A stretch of DNA of 64,000 bases from Polymyxa betae A26-41 (taxonomy: Eukaryota > Protista > Endomyxa: Phytomyxea). The position numbers and the translations under genes were made by a program. Shown piece after piece: positions 51,187 to 64,000 of the stretch. The DNA is taken from the NCBI GenBank assembly GCA_003693705.1, contig RBZT01000620.1, positions 5,535-69,534 on the forward strand, written 5' to 3'. Numbering within the stretch: position 1 is the first letter of the stretch; every line of letters begins with the position of its first letter. The notes beneath the pieces are model-generated. The model was given only the letters and a program-made list of their open reading frames with translations, was not told the DNA's origin and ran no database searches.

Positions 51187-53073
51187 ATGTTGCCATGCTA
51201 TTGCTCTGATGATCGATTTCAGCATTCTCTTCTGCTGCAGTTTTGTACAACACTGTATCTCAATTTCGATATCGCTCAAGCAATTAAACATGCTCATCCC
51301 CTTAAATTTCAATGCCCTATGATGGCTGTTTTCGTATCTGTAAGCTATATCTTTGTTATGGGCATTCGAAATATTTTCTCTTTAATTTGCTGCAGTACAA
51401 TTGACGTATTCTATATTTCTATAACTTTTTGGAGTCGTTTTCCACACACCACTTTACGTTCATGCTTAATTAGGCACTAACGATCTATTTCGAAGCAAGA
51501 GATACTAATGTAATAATAATCTGATAAACAGGGCATATGTGCTCTGGGTGGTCAGCAACTAGATTCAAATTCTGATCTGACAGCAATCCTTCATTCTACA
51601 TCCGAATCTGACATCCATCCCATCATCGAGCATCATAAAAGAGCCATAGACCATTATCGTCAACATCGACGTCGGCTTGCCATTCAGTCCTGGCTAGAAG
51701 TGCTGGCTCACAACCCTGCTGATCTACTGGCTCTGAAATTCCTCACCACAGCTTGCTTCTTCATTGGAGATGCTGATACGATGGTTGAAGTATGCCAGTC
51801 TTCAGTAGAATATATTCCAAGTTCAGATAGACATCATGTATGGGCTATGTTAGCCTTTGCCCTGGTTGAGAAAGGCGACGCCACCACGGCTGAGAAATAT
51901 GCTTCTCGTGCATTAAATCGATGTTGTCATTCACCATGGTCTGTTCATGCTCTATGTCATGTTTATTTAGAGCAGGGTCGTATTACAGGTTTGTTCTTTC
52001 TGAATACTTGCTCTCACACTTTTTTTCGATTCTCGCTTCAATCCTAAACTACTTCATCTTGAGATGAATTCTGCCTAGCCTGTGAAAGTGCCAGGTTTAA
52101 CGAGTTTGAACAATTTTCTTCATTGATGTTTCAGCAATTAATTTACACAGATTTGCTGCCTTAATTGAGACAATGTTTGAAACAAGTCAGACGTGGAATT
52201 TTGCTTAGTCATTTCTTTAGATTAATTGCACGGTTGAATGGAGTTTAGGTTTTTGCAATAAAGTTTTGAGCGGCTCCACCTCGTCTAGCTTTTAATGCTG
52301 ACTGTTTTCTAACAGAAGGCTTGGAATTATTAACTGGAAATGATCAACAATGGCGCCATCATGAAGATCTATCATGTCATATATATTGGCATTGGGCTAT
52401 ATTTAGTTTATATTATGATAATTTTACTGAAGCTCTTGCCATTTATGATCAGGAAGTATTTCCTCGTGTACTGAAGTCTGCTGGATTCCCGATGGATGTT
52501 TCCGATGCTGTTTCTCTACTAATTCGTTTCGATATGGTCGATGTGAACATGGGAGCTCGCTGGACAGCCTTGAAAGAAGCCATTGGTCATGAAATACCCC
52601 ATTTCTTGACCTATCCGTTCACTGCATCACATTTCTTCATTCTATCGTATCGAATCTGTGCCCAATCTACCGTTGAAAATTTACCCACAGCACTTGATCA
52701 AGAACCAAGCAACATATTGACATTGTTTTATTCGGGATTGCAGGCATACATGCACAGGAATTTTGAAGCAGCGTTTGATAATTTGTTTGCTGTCTTGTCC
52801 AGATTACGATGTGTTGGAGGCAGTAATGCACAACGAGACGTCTTTGTGTTGATTTGTATTGATGCGGCAATGAAATGTGAGAAAGAGCATCTGGCGTTAA
52901 GGTTGTTAACTATTCGTACCCCAATCTCAGTTCAGAACAAACTACGAGCTTCTGCATCTTCACGTCTTAGGCATGACCCCCATCTGGATTATCTTATAAT
53001 TCCGCCGTCTTCTTCATCTATTGAAGTTGGTGCATTTCGATATAAACTCTCGCAGGACCTTTCAGAAGAATAG
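51187..53073 (+). CDS. TTC38: Tetratricopeptide repeat protein 38-like
   Basis: LAHNPADLLALK...FFIGD, AMLAFALVE, PWSVHALCHVYLEQGR, SCHIYWHWAI, DAVSLLIR, VGGSNAQRDVF. The start codon is uncertain. Confidence 0.85.
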
Positions 53074-53201
53074 ATTGATTCGCTATACGACGGGACATTT
53101 CTTTCTTGATCATCTGTGTCGCATTGCATCCTGTTGGCTTCGTTTACACGCTGTAATGTCTTTAATTAAATTAGATTGATGTATTAAATATATTACAAAA
53201 T

Positions 53202-54724
53202 TTAGACAGTCATTATGAAGCAAGCGATTGAGAGCGCTGCAAAAGTCCATGTTGATAATGATGAGGTCATAAATGCATGAGATGTGACATCTTGACATTT
53301 CGTTGAGCTCGCATCATCTCCTACATTCTGTAATGTCAATGCATTGCCAATCGATTCCACAATTTTATCATGTCCAGCATCATCAACACCGCAGATCTTA
53401 TCTGGGAAAATAGCTCCAAGGCAGACATCATACAGGATTAGACTAACATCAGCCAAACAGCCGGATTGAACAACATCGCTGATGAGAGAGTTGTAGAATA
53501 GAACCAGATAAGCATTGACATCGGCCATGCGATCAGTAGGTAGACCACGAGATAACAGATTCAGGGCCAGCTGTATTGTAATACGAGCACGATCGGCATC
53601 GCTGAAAACGGCATAAAACTGGGTCAGGTTTGCTGTTCGAATCTCGATCGCCGCTATGAGAACAGATCAGATCACAGTCATCAATATATAGAAAGAAACT
53701 CGAAACTAAAACCGCATAACCAGATAATGAATGTGATATTACCGAGAAGGAATGCGATTTGTCTGGTATTGAGCTGATCAATACCGTTTATCATTAGAGC
53801 ACCAATAAGTCCATCATAATTAGCATCAACTATTGACAGGTTTACAGTAGAGAAATATGATCGGAATAGGTCCCGGCTCAGAGCTCCGAATAAATCCACA
53901 CTAATCGCCTCCGTAACATTACTCAAGTTGGAAATTTCGGTAGCGTTAGTCGAGATCATGTTACTGCTAGTAGGGATAGTCGAGTTCACGTTACTGCTAG
54001 TAACTGGACATGAAATATCACTGGGAACCTGAACATTGGTGACATTCAAGGCATCCAAAGCCCCATTGACGGCAATGAGAAGATCACGACGGTCGTTCTG
54101 GCCATCATGGCTACATAGCCATGGGTTCAGGATATTCACACATGTTGGAAATTGATCCAGATTGTCACTGGTCAGCGACATACATTCGGTATTGGTCCAT
54201 GCAACAACTGAAGCTAAGTACGAATATAGGAGGCGATCAGCAATTAGATCAGGTTCAACCTCAATAGATCTCAAACATGGCAATGATGAACGTAGGACTG
54301 AGTCCACATCCGCGTAATTACATTGATAGGCGATCATCAGCGCCGATCGTGGATAGAAATGTCGGGTATCGTTCTGGGTCCGATTACTGCACAATTGATC
54401 ATATTGGTTGGAGCAGGTTCCAGTATCAGCACATCGTGCTTGATGACGACGTAAGTTCTCAGTGTTGTGGCGGACGATGCCGAGAAAAGCGGCCAGCTGA
54501 GTTCGTGTGAACGTGACATTGAGAAGAGAGATCGCACGGTTCAGGGCAGCGTAGTTGGCATCGATATCGGCCGGGGAGTCGGTGAAGACAGCCATGAAGT
54601 CGTCATGATCGATGCCAATAGAGTTATTAGATGGAATAAGACAATTGCAGTCAGCAGTAGCTGATAGCATCATAATAACGAGTATAGATGTAATCAATGT
54701 AAGCATTGATCGCATCACGATCAT
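53202..54724 (-). CDS. Secreted/GPI-like protein with two degenerate GH19 chitinase (lysozyme-fold)-like domains
   Basis: Signal peptide. Domain 1: QLAAFLGIVRHNTENL...FYPRSALMIAYQCNY...EPDLIAD...SYLASVVAW...FPTCVNILN. Intron 53742-53654 gives domain 2 QIAFLLAAIEIRTANL and joins ORF 53202-53528, which ends in a hydrophobic tail. Confidence 0.7.
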
Positions 54725-54839
54725 CAGGGGTTTAGATATAATTTAGAGTTTTGAAGATAGACATAAGACAATGAGAGTAGAGCATGACCTGAGAACATAT
54801 TGAGTCAACTGGGATGTATGTTGATGGGTCAGCATGACG

Positions 54840-56191
54840 TCATGATGTAGATAGTGATGTCTTAACCAGATCATAGACAGTAAAGCTGAGTCCAGTAGCA
54901 ATTGGTCCTTTGATCCAGTTCATAGATAGACCTTTATATAAACCTCGTATTAATCCCTCAGTACGATAGATCTCTAATGCCAATGATAATATTGATTGAT
55001 TTGAACTCGACATCACCTAACATCCGATATATTAACATGATGATAACGTAGGAAATGACATAATTAACCTGCATACGTCTACGAATAGTCTCTAATGGAT
55101 ATGAAGCAGATTGGGCCAATAAACCAGCACAAGCACCCATCAAGAATCTATCTGCAGGATGTAGATCATGAACCCGTCCTTGAAACAATCTAGACTTCAA
55201 TGTTTCGAATGTCCAGAAACTAATACCTGCATATGGAACTATACCCTAATTATAACATATTACACATTGATAAACATTGATAGAAATGAATAAATGAACA
55301 TACAAGTAGAGTTGGTAACATTCCTCTATACAGACCCAATATACCACGATCAGTAATGATCTTAGCTGTGATCTTCTTCAAATGGCCCAGACGACGAACT
55401 GGGTGATGCTGGTCCACAGCCATACGTGTTCGTAACAGATCTGAACAGAGATATATGGAAATATTATTAGAGAATGGGACTATGATTATATACCTAATGG
55501 GTAAGTAGCAATAACAGAAGTAGCACCAGCAGCAGATCCTGATATAAACCTTTCTATACCAGATATATCTCCATTTATATCTCCTCCATATAATTCTATC
55601 CATAACTACACATATTCAATATCCATTTCTATCCAATGTCAGAATACAACTCGGAGCTCTTACTCGTTGAAAACGCTCGAAAGATGAATACCTACGTGAT
55701 TGAATCAGCAATTAGAAGTGAAGCTGTGTTGGTAAAAGTCCTACTGAATAGCAGCATATGGTATAATACGAAGTAAGGTAGCTATATTGCCTTTCCAAAG
55801 ACCCAATATACCTTCACTTTGAATAATTCTACTAGCTGATCTATATGCAGCTATAAAGCTGAATCTCTCCAAGTTTGATACCTTTTCTAAAGATTCAGAG
55901 GAAGCATAGAGAGTCATGATATTAAAAAGAACGAAGAATGCCTGTTAGAAACTGTAATAATGATTGAATAAAGATATGCAAATATATGGTATCTATTGCG
56001 ATAGTAAATAGAATGAGACTAATAGATAAATGCAGAAATATGTTTGATTGTGAATATAAACGAACCTGATATAATATCTTTACTCTATCAAGTGGTGCTA
56101 CAGTTGTCTTAGCAATAGCACCAGCTATACCACCAGCTACAAATGATCTCATTCCAGATCCATGATCTTTATGGTTGGATTCACCTCCCAT
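54840..56191 (-). CDS. Mitochondrial carrier (SLC25A42/SLC25A16/Leu5 CoA-transporter-like)
   Basis: Three carrier repeats: [51 protein letters not shown]; [14 protein letters not shown]. Confidence 0.88.
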
Positions 56192-56278
56192 TACCAACAC
56201 CAATAATTAGATCAATGAGTAGATTAACCAATATCTATAATACACAAGAACGAGATGGCATGTATAACAAGATCAGCG

Positions 56279-56309
<31 letters not shown>

Positions 56310-56372
56310 GCTTTACCTGCGCATTCCGATCTATTCGTTGAATAATCGTCATAAAACCCATCAAATCGAAAT

Positions 56373-57121
56373 ATGATACAGGACCTACAGTTGAGTCTGG
56401 AACTAGAATCGATCACACAAGTCCAGTTCGATGCCGATTATCTCTGGCACGTACTGGCCCAGTGCAGCAACTGCCAGGAGAAGATTGAGGATCTGTACTG
56501 TCGGGTATCGGTATGATATGTTCTCCATTAACTTTATTGTTTTGGCGCTCACCTTTAGTACGTTTTCAAGATTTTTTTTTTACATTTTTGGACTTACAGT
56601 AAGGCCATTGGTACAATTCAGTTAGAAACTGACCAATTAACATCCCAACTTTTTTTTATGGAATCGTCAGCAAACTGTCATGAATTATCGTCTCATGTTT
56701 CATATCGGTTAACAGATATTCATGTCAGGAAGTTCAACCCATTCCGAATAGTCGTGGTGAAGCAAATTGTGTAGTCAAATGTAAATTGTGTGAACGTCAT
56801 GCTTATATAAAGATTCGGTCTAGCTCCGACCCGATTATTTACACATCAGAACAATCAGGTTGTGTTATTTGTACTTGATCTTATCGTATTTTTTCTAATC
56901 TGATCTCAGGGAACTATGTGACAGTAGCATCATTTGATTGTCGTGGAGTGATATTAACACGTTGGATACCTGAATCTAATCAGCTATCAGCTCAGGGGGT
57001 ATCTTCTAACGCTGTCTATCACAATCTCGACCTGAACGACGAATTTTTCGAGTACGACGAAGGTGCTGGAGTCCCAGTATCTATCACTGAAATACGACAC
57101 CAATTTGTTCCAGGTAAATAA
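56373..57121 (+). CDS. CZIB: CXXC zinc-binding protein (DUF866/C1orf123 family)
   Basis: LELESIT...CSNCQE...IPNSRGEANCVVKCKLCER...VASFDCRG...DLNDEFFEYDEGAGVPVSI. Confidence 0.8.
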
Positions 57122-57178
57122 TAAACAGGCATTGAATGTGCTCAAGGGGTTGTTAGGGCGTTAATAATCATCTGTGTA

Positions 57179-58701
<1,523 letters not shown>

Positions 58702-59523
58702 GTCGGATTCAATGAACCAGTACGAATTTGACAATACGGTGGCACGCGTGCACATGACCATTTCTGGTAGCAATGCATATATTGAGTCATGATTAAATAG
58801 TCGGTTATAAGGGCGTCCATCATCAGTACTGATGGTGATTGGGATCAAGATGAGCAATGTCTGAATAGCAAATGATATAATCATATAGATAGATAGGATG
58901 CTCTGTAGATCATGTATTTGATACCTTCTAATACTTGAAATCATCTTCACATATCATCAGTTCAACATTCATGATGGATCGCTTCATCGATCCTTATTAA
59001 ATCATACCTTCAAGTTCAGATCTATTACCAACATTTCCATCAGCTATAATTCTGTTTCGATGGTGCCGGTGTCATTATTACAGCAATTGTGGCAATGAGC
59101 AGGGCTCGGATCTCATTCATTCATGAACAGGATGCAGCAGCAGTGTCAGCAACAAACTCCAATCGTGAAATAGTAGCAATCAAGGTAGAGGTTGAATGGT
59201 ATCCAACATCATGATCTTTGTAGTGATGGTGAAATATTATCTGTAACCTGCATTTGAGCAATATATCATTGGAGAAAGGTTGATTATACTCTAAAATATA
59301 ACACATAAAGGGTTGTCATTATTCTGTCAATTACAGTAATTGCATTAATATATTATATGTATGAGATATGTACAGAATAAGACTATGAAGCAGAGGAAAT
59401 ATTGTCATTATTATTAATAGCAGATCACCGATCCGGTCCGATGAACAATTGAGCTCCGATCGCTGCTTTCTTCATGTATTGAATATAGTTGGGTATTAAT
59501 CTTCTTTAATATACAACATCATC

Positions 59524-60450
59524 ATGTCGCTAACTGCCTATATATGCTCAGCTATCATATCATCATATTCCATGTTTGCCAGTCCTGTTCCTGTTGTTAT
59601 CGAGTCTCTTCTACCCTATCATCTTCTTCATCTTCATCAGCAAATATTTCATATAGGGACGTCAGCTGTCATCCCATTTGCATTTGTCATCAGACCGATA
59701 TTGGGATTCTTCATGACCTGGGCGACTTGGATCGGTTCTCATTATCTCCATCTACTTCAAGTTCTTATAATTTCACTTGCACTTCGTAAACGATATTTTC
59801 ATGATCGTGTTGCCGGTCGGTTGCGTCAAGGAACTCGCCAAGTTCTGATTCTTGGTGCTGGATATGATGCTCTAGCAACACTATTTGCTGAAATGTATCC
59901 AACTGTTCTATTTGTAGAAGTTGATACTCCTAATATGTCCAGTTTAAAAAAGCGTATTGTCAGTGAACTTGGTAAACGGCGAGATAATCTGGTCTTCCTT
60001 GCTGCTGATCTCTCTTGTAACAATCTTAAAGACAATTTACAAAAGCAGATTCCATCATGGGATGTTAATGCCAAAACTGTAGTCATTGCTGAAGGTGTAT
60101 TTATGTATCTGACAGCTGATTGTGTACGAAAATGTATGCATTCAATCAAAACTTTAACACCATCCGATACCATGGTGGTCTTCAGTTATGTGCAAAAACA
60201 GCAGCTGAATAAGACAACGAATTCCTTCAGAGATTTTTTTCTTTGGATGCCAAAACTGATTTGCGAACCGTTGAAATGGATCGCCCAAGATGAAGAAGAG
60301 GTAGCAAACATTATTGAAGGAGATGAATTTTATGCAGAGCTGGCACCTCATGAGAATAATCTTTTCAGGAAGTATCTTCGGGATACTGAATTTGGCATTG
60401 AAGATCATCCATTCTATCGAAAATCTAATGGCATGGCTATGTCAAAATAA
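59524..60450 (+). CDS. Class I SAM-dependent methyltransferase (LCM/O-methyltransferase-like), intronless
   Basis: LRKRYFHD...QVLILGAGYD...FVEVDTP...AADLS...VVIAEGVFMYLT. Confidence 0.8.
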   Translation: MSLTAYICSAIISSYSMFASPVPVVIESLLPYHLLHLHQQIFHIGTSAVIPFAFVIRPILGFFMTWATWIGSHYLHLLQVLIISLALRKRYFHDRVAGRLRQGTRQVLILGAGYDALATLFAEMYPTVLFVEVDTPNMSSLKKRIVSELGKRRDNLVFLAADLSCNNLKDNLQKQIPSWDVNAKTVVIAEGVFMYLTADCVRKCMHSIKTLTPSDTMVVFSYVQKQQLNKTTNSFRDFFLWMPKLICEPLKWIAQDEEEVANIIEGDEFYAELAPHENNLFRKYLRDTEFGIEDHPFYRKSNGMAMSK

Positions 60451-61384
60451 ATATACATCATATTGATATTTATGGATCTATTCAAATTGACCATGACCAT
60501 GGTGCTACTTGTCTGTGAAATCTTCCAAATTGACCAATTCTCGACCAACAACCAATAAGAGCATGAAAAGTGCACTACTGTACCATGACACCTTAACACA
60601 GTTGATTCTCGAAAATGCCCAGACACGAACGCTCGAATTTCCTTGATTGTGTTTGACCAACACAAGCATACTTATGAAAAAAGTATACAGAATAGCACAC
60701 AGGTTTTCCCCGTTCACTTTTTATGAATTGTGTTTGTGGGAACTATCATTCCCACCCAGCTCGATGAGGGACCCGTTATATCAACATGACGATGTATTCA
60801 GTTCTACTTGTGTTAATGCACAAAAAGCTGAGTATCAGTTGTAAAATCACAAATCGTAAGAAAAGCTGAGGACCCCTGTATTATTGATAGGCCTGAAACT
60901 TGACAAAAAGACAGGCATGGCATTAATCGAAGAACACAGCGCTGTCCATTGATTTTGCTCAAAAACATCCATTTCATTCCAATCAAAGAAACCGAGTTCC
61001 AAATGCGGTGATAGCGAATCTCGTGCCTGTAGACGACTTTCATACGAACATGACGACGTGAGGAAGAGCATCGTTGACCGTGTTGTCAAGCTCATATCCG
61101 CTAACTGGTGAAAGTGAGAAATTACCCTTCTACACAGTATCTGTATGTCTAATTTGGGTCCTCATATCGACGGATATGTTAGGTATGTAGGATCCAAATG
61201 TCCACGAAATAGGTGATATGAAAGACAGTGAAGACAGAGAATAAAAACAGCAGGCAATCTAGACTGATGATCATCAATATATACAAGGGTAAGTGCCAGA
61301 GATTGAGATAGAAACTTGAAGAAATTTCGGGCTACCAAATTAGTATACAGTGAATAATAAACTGATTGTGCTTCCAGATTGTTT

Positions 61385-61858
61385 TTATCCACTTTCGTGA
61401 ACAAATGCATTCGATCCTGCGAAAAAATCGTGCAGAAATTTGGATTGTTTTGATGTCGTTGCTCCAACAAAACTTTCAAATCCATGGCTCAATAGATCTC
61501 TTGATGGATCCAAGGCCCGGATCAGATGAGTCTTTGTCTTGAATCCTAGAAGAGCTTCTTGTAGCTCCATTTCCCCTTTACATCGTATAATGTCAACAAG
61601 ATGCGTATCAGTAATAGCCTGATTCTGACGAAACCGGTTCTTAATCCCTTTACGAACAAGATTCACGTCCATATCCGAGATATCATAAGACTGTAAGCGA
61701 ATCAAATATAGGAAGGGGAAAGCTGAATGAAGCCGAACCTGCATGATTTGGGGTAAAAGCCGAGAGATGTGTCTATAGAGCTGCAGGACCCGGCTGCGGG
61801 CTTCAGCCATGTCTTTGGATATCACGGTTGAGACGGGGGCCAAAGCACGAGGATTCAT
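61385..61858 (-). CDS. NDUFA6: Complex I LYR subunit NDUFA6 (B14)
   Basis: SKDMAEARSRVLQLYR...RFRQNQAITDTHLVDI...KGEMELQE...KTKTHL; a 48-nt in-frame GT-AG intron follows IMQ. Confidence 0.85.
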   Translation of the reverse strand: MNPRALAPVSTVISKDMAEARSRVLQLYRHISRLLPQIMQVRLHSAFPFLYLIRLQSYDISDMDVNLVRKGIKNRFRQNQAITDTHLVDIIRCKGEMELQEALLGFKTKTHLIRALDPSRDLLSHGFESFVGATTSKQSKFLHDFFAGSNAFVHESG

Positions 61859-62636
61859 GATGAAAATGAGCGATATGAGCGGCGATAATGTATCCTATGT
61901 CGTTGAGCCTTGAAGACCTAATAAATACACACTGCTGCTATATTGGAACTTGCGCTTTCTTCGAACTTAATGTTACGTCTAACATCGGCTTATATACCAA
62001 ATTAGTACCTAATTACTACCTAGATATTAATTAGCATTCACTTCCAGTTCACAAAAATGTGTTTATAACAGCTCACCATCTGTCGACACAGTATATTCTA
62101 TAATCTGTGCTAAAGCAGATTTTTATTAAAACACAATATGCCCGGCTTAATGAAGCATGTGCGAGCTAGTTCGATAATCAGAAAGTGATATTAAATACTA
62201 GTATCTCATTTCACTCAGCAACAGGGGCCTGCCAGTGTTGCCTGCCAGTATTAGCTAGAATCGCAAAACTAACTGGTTACAATTGCTGAGCTTTGGTCAT
62301 GGTAACAGCCAAGTAATAAATTCGAATATAAGAATCACGCAGATAGATTATGTAAATATTGCCTCCGTATATTAACATGCAGAACTCTCTCTGAAAACGT
62401 GGATTGTTAGACTCAAATTATTTGTTCAAGTTACCAGGCAGGGACATCGACTTGCTGATTGTCCAGCAGCAATAACCGCTCGTAATTACAGTAAATGATC
62501 TGATAGTCATTTTTCAAATATAAGTTTGCAGCGACACTGCACGCTAACGATAGATTAATTGCATAGGAGAAATAATAATTTACAGATAGATAAATACATA
62601 ATATGGTGGATGAATAGATCTGTGAAATATGAACCT

Positions 62637-63098
62637 TTATCTTGGTGTGTGCAAATAATGGATTTTTCGGTCAAATTTCTTTCTAGTTACATCATCAATA
62701 CGTCCAAATATAAGATAACTGGGTTTAGATTCAACAATCTTCTTCATAAAGCCGTCTATCTGTGATATTAATTCATTAATTTCATCAATCTTGTGCAAAA
62801 TGGATCCTTGCAAATATTTTGTCCGAATTTCACTATTGATTTGTTGTATTCTTTCGAACTGCTCGTCGAAACGAATCTCTTCGAAATCGATCTTCGGTGC
62901 AAATCTTGTTAGAATGACGTAAGTGTTATGAAGGTTGTCATGGAGCTGATCTAGCTGCAACTGTAGCTGAATACTCTCTCTCTTATGCTGCTGGACAATG
63001 TTAACAGAGATGACGACGACGGCCGTGATGACACAAAAAGCTGTGATAACAAGCGCATACTTGAGTGTCGATTTAGGCTTTGTTGATTGTTTCAACAT
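62637..63098 (-). CDS. Hypothetical single-TM coiled-coil protein
   Basis: 153-aa ATG-started ORF with TM ALVITAFCVITAVVVISV followed by an amphipathic helical region. Confidence 0.45.
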   Translation of the reverse strand: MLKQSTKPKSTLKYALVITAFCVITAVVVISVNIVQQHKRESIQLQLQLDQLHDNLHNTYVILTRFAPKIDFEEIRFDEQFERIQQINSEIRTKYLQGSILHKIDEINELISQIDGFMKKIVESKPSYLIFGRIDDVTRKKFDRKIHYLHTPR

Positions 63099-64000
63099 AG
63101 TTGTAAATTGCTATCTAAAAGTTATTGAGACCACGTTCCATAACGACGTACCCGTGGTAGACTGTTACATAACAGCCACGCAATATCTCAGCGTAACCAT
63201 CATCTATATCTAAACATTGACTTGTTTCATCATCTTATTCAGCAGTAAGAATAGGTAGCTCTGTTTCAAGCACAACCAGCGAGTTCTCAGAGGAGATAGA
63301 GGAAGAGAAAGGCAATCGCGACAAAACCTGATGCGTTTCAGGACTGCATACTCAGCCATAAGGTGCACAGTTTTCAGGAATGAATTAAAGGTCAAAATCA
63401 ATATATGAGACAGAATAACACTGAATCCTTTAATCCACCAGATCTTACATAGCTACCATAAAGACTGAGCTTTTAAAACTGACAAGTGACAATGTTGAAT
63501 ACCGTAAACACAATATGTCAATATCTTGCTCAGTAATCGTAATTTATTAGCACGTAAGATATTTTAACATCATGGAGTGATGGTTACTATATTGAGTATA
63601 TTATATTAGTATATGATACGCAGTCGATAGTGCCTGTGCTATACAACTACCTAGGTACAGTTAATGTGGGAAATATTGAAAAAGTCAGGAAAATTCAGGG
63701 TAGAATTGCGCAATTATCAGAGGTTGCGCAGGGAGTGTCTATCTGGTAGTATCTCGTGATATAGAGCGGATTCTTCAGATCGCGATTTCAGGTTACTACA
63801 AAATCGGGCAGCACTTCGGTCAGATCGTAATCAAATTCTGTTTTTATTTCCAGCTCGAGTCCCAGCTTCATTCAGCTCAGTCCGTACGGTGTCCGTACGG
63901 ACCTTTGGGAGTCGAGCCCAATATTATTAGAGTAGGTCTTCATACTTCATCAATGTTCGCATCTTTAGTACGCATCAGATTTATGCGTCAGTCTTCGAGT

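Overview
Gene-dense, AT-rich eukaryotic nuclear DNA with many short (mostly ~45-60 nt) spliceosomal introns and short intergenic gaps. There are no prokaryotic operons, and I recognised no rRNA, tRNA or CRISPR array. The compact introns, cilium/centriole-associated genes (centrin, LRRC51), plant/alveolate-type enolase insertion and chitinase-fold surface protein fit a flagellated protist. A phytomyxid/plasmodiophorid plant parasite is my best guess (inference only). Housekeeping genes: UEV1/MMS2, LIPT2, DDX41, TOP2, centrin, mitochondrial EF-Tu, p47/UBX, LRRC51, enolase, TTC38, a mitochondrial carrier, DUF866/CZIB, an NDR kinase and NDUFA6. Main findings after manual splicing: (1) a myosin whose tail is a full PTEN-like phosphatase+C2 module with the catalytic Cys replaced by Ser; (2) a secreted, probably GPI-anchored protein with two degenerate GH19 chitinase-like domains lacking the catalytic Glu; (3) two paralogous secreted vWD-like proteins, one with a mucin-like PTS tail and one with an Asn-Gly periodic tail; (4) a TGA(C/G)TCA motif 66-150 bp upstream of several of these surface-protein genes, suggesting a co-regulated surface/adhesion programme; (5) a tandem array of three ELAV-like RRM genes interrupted by a LINE-like relic; (6) an NDR kinase apparently lacking its MOB-binding N-terminus; (7) three GC-AG introns. 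All gene models were spliced by eye, and family calls come from motif recognition, not database searches.
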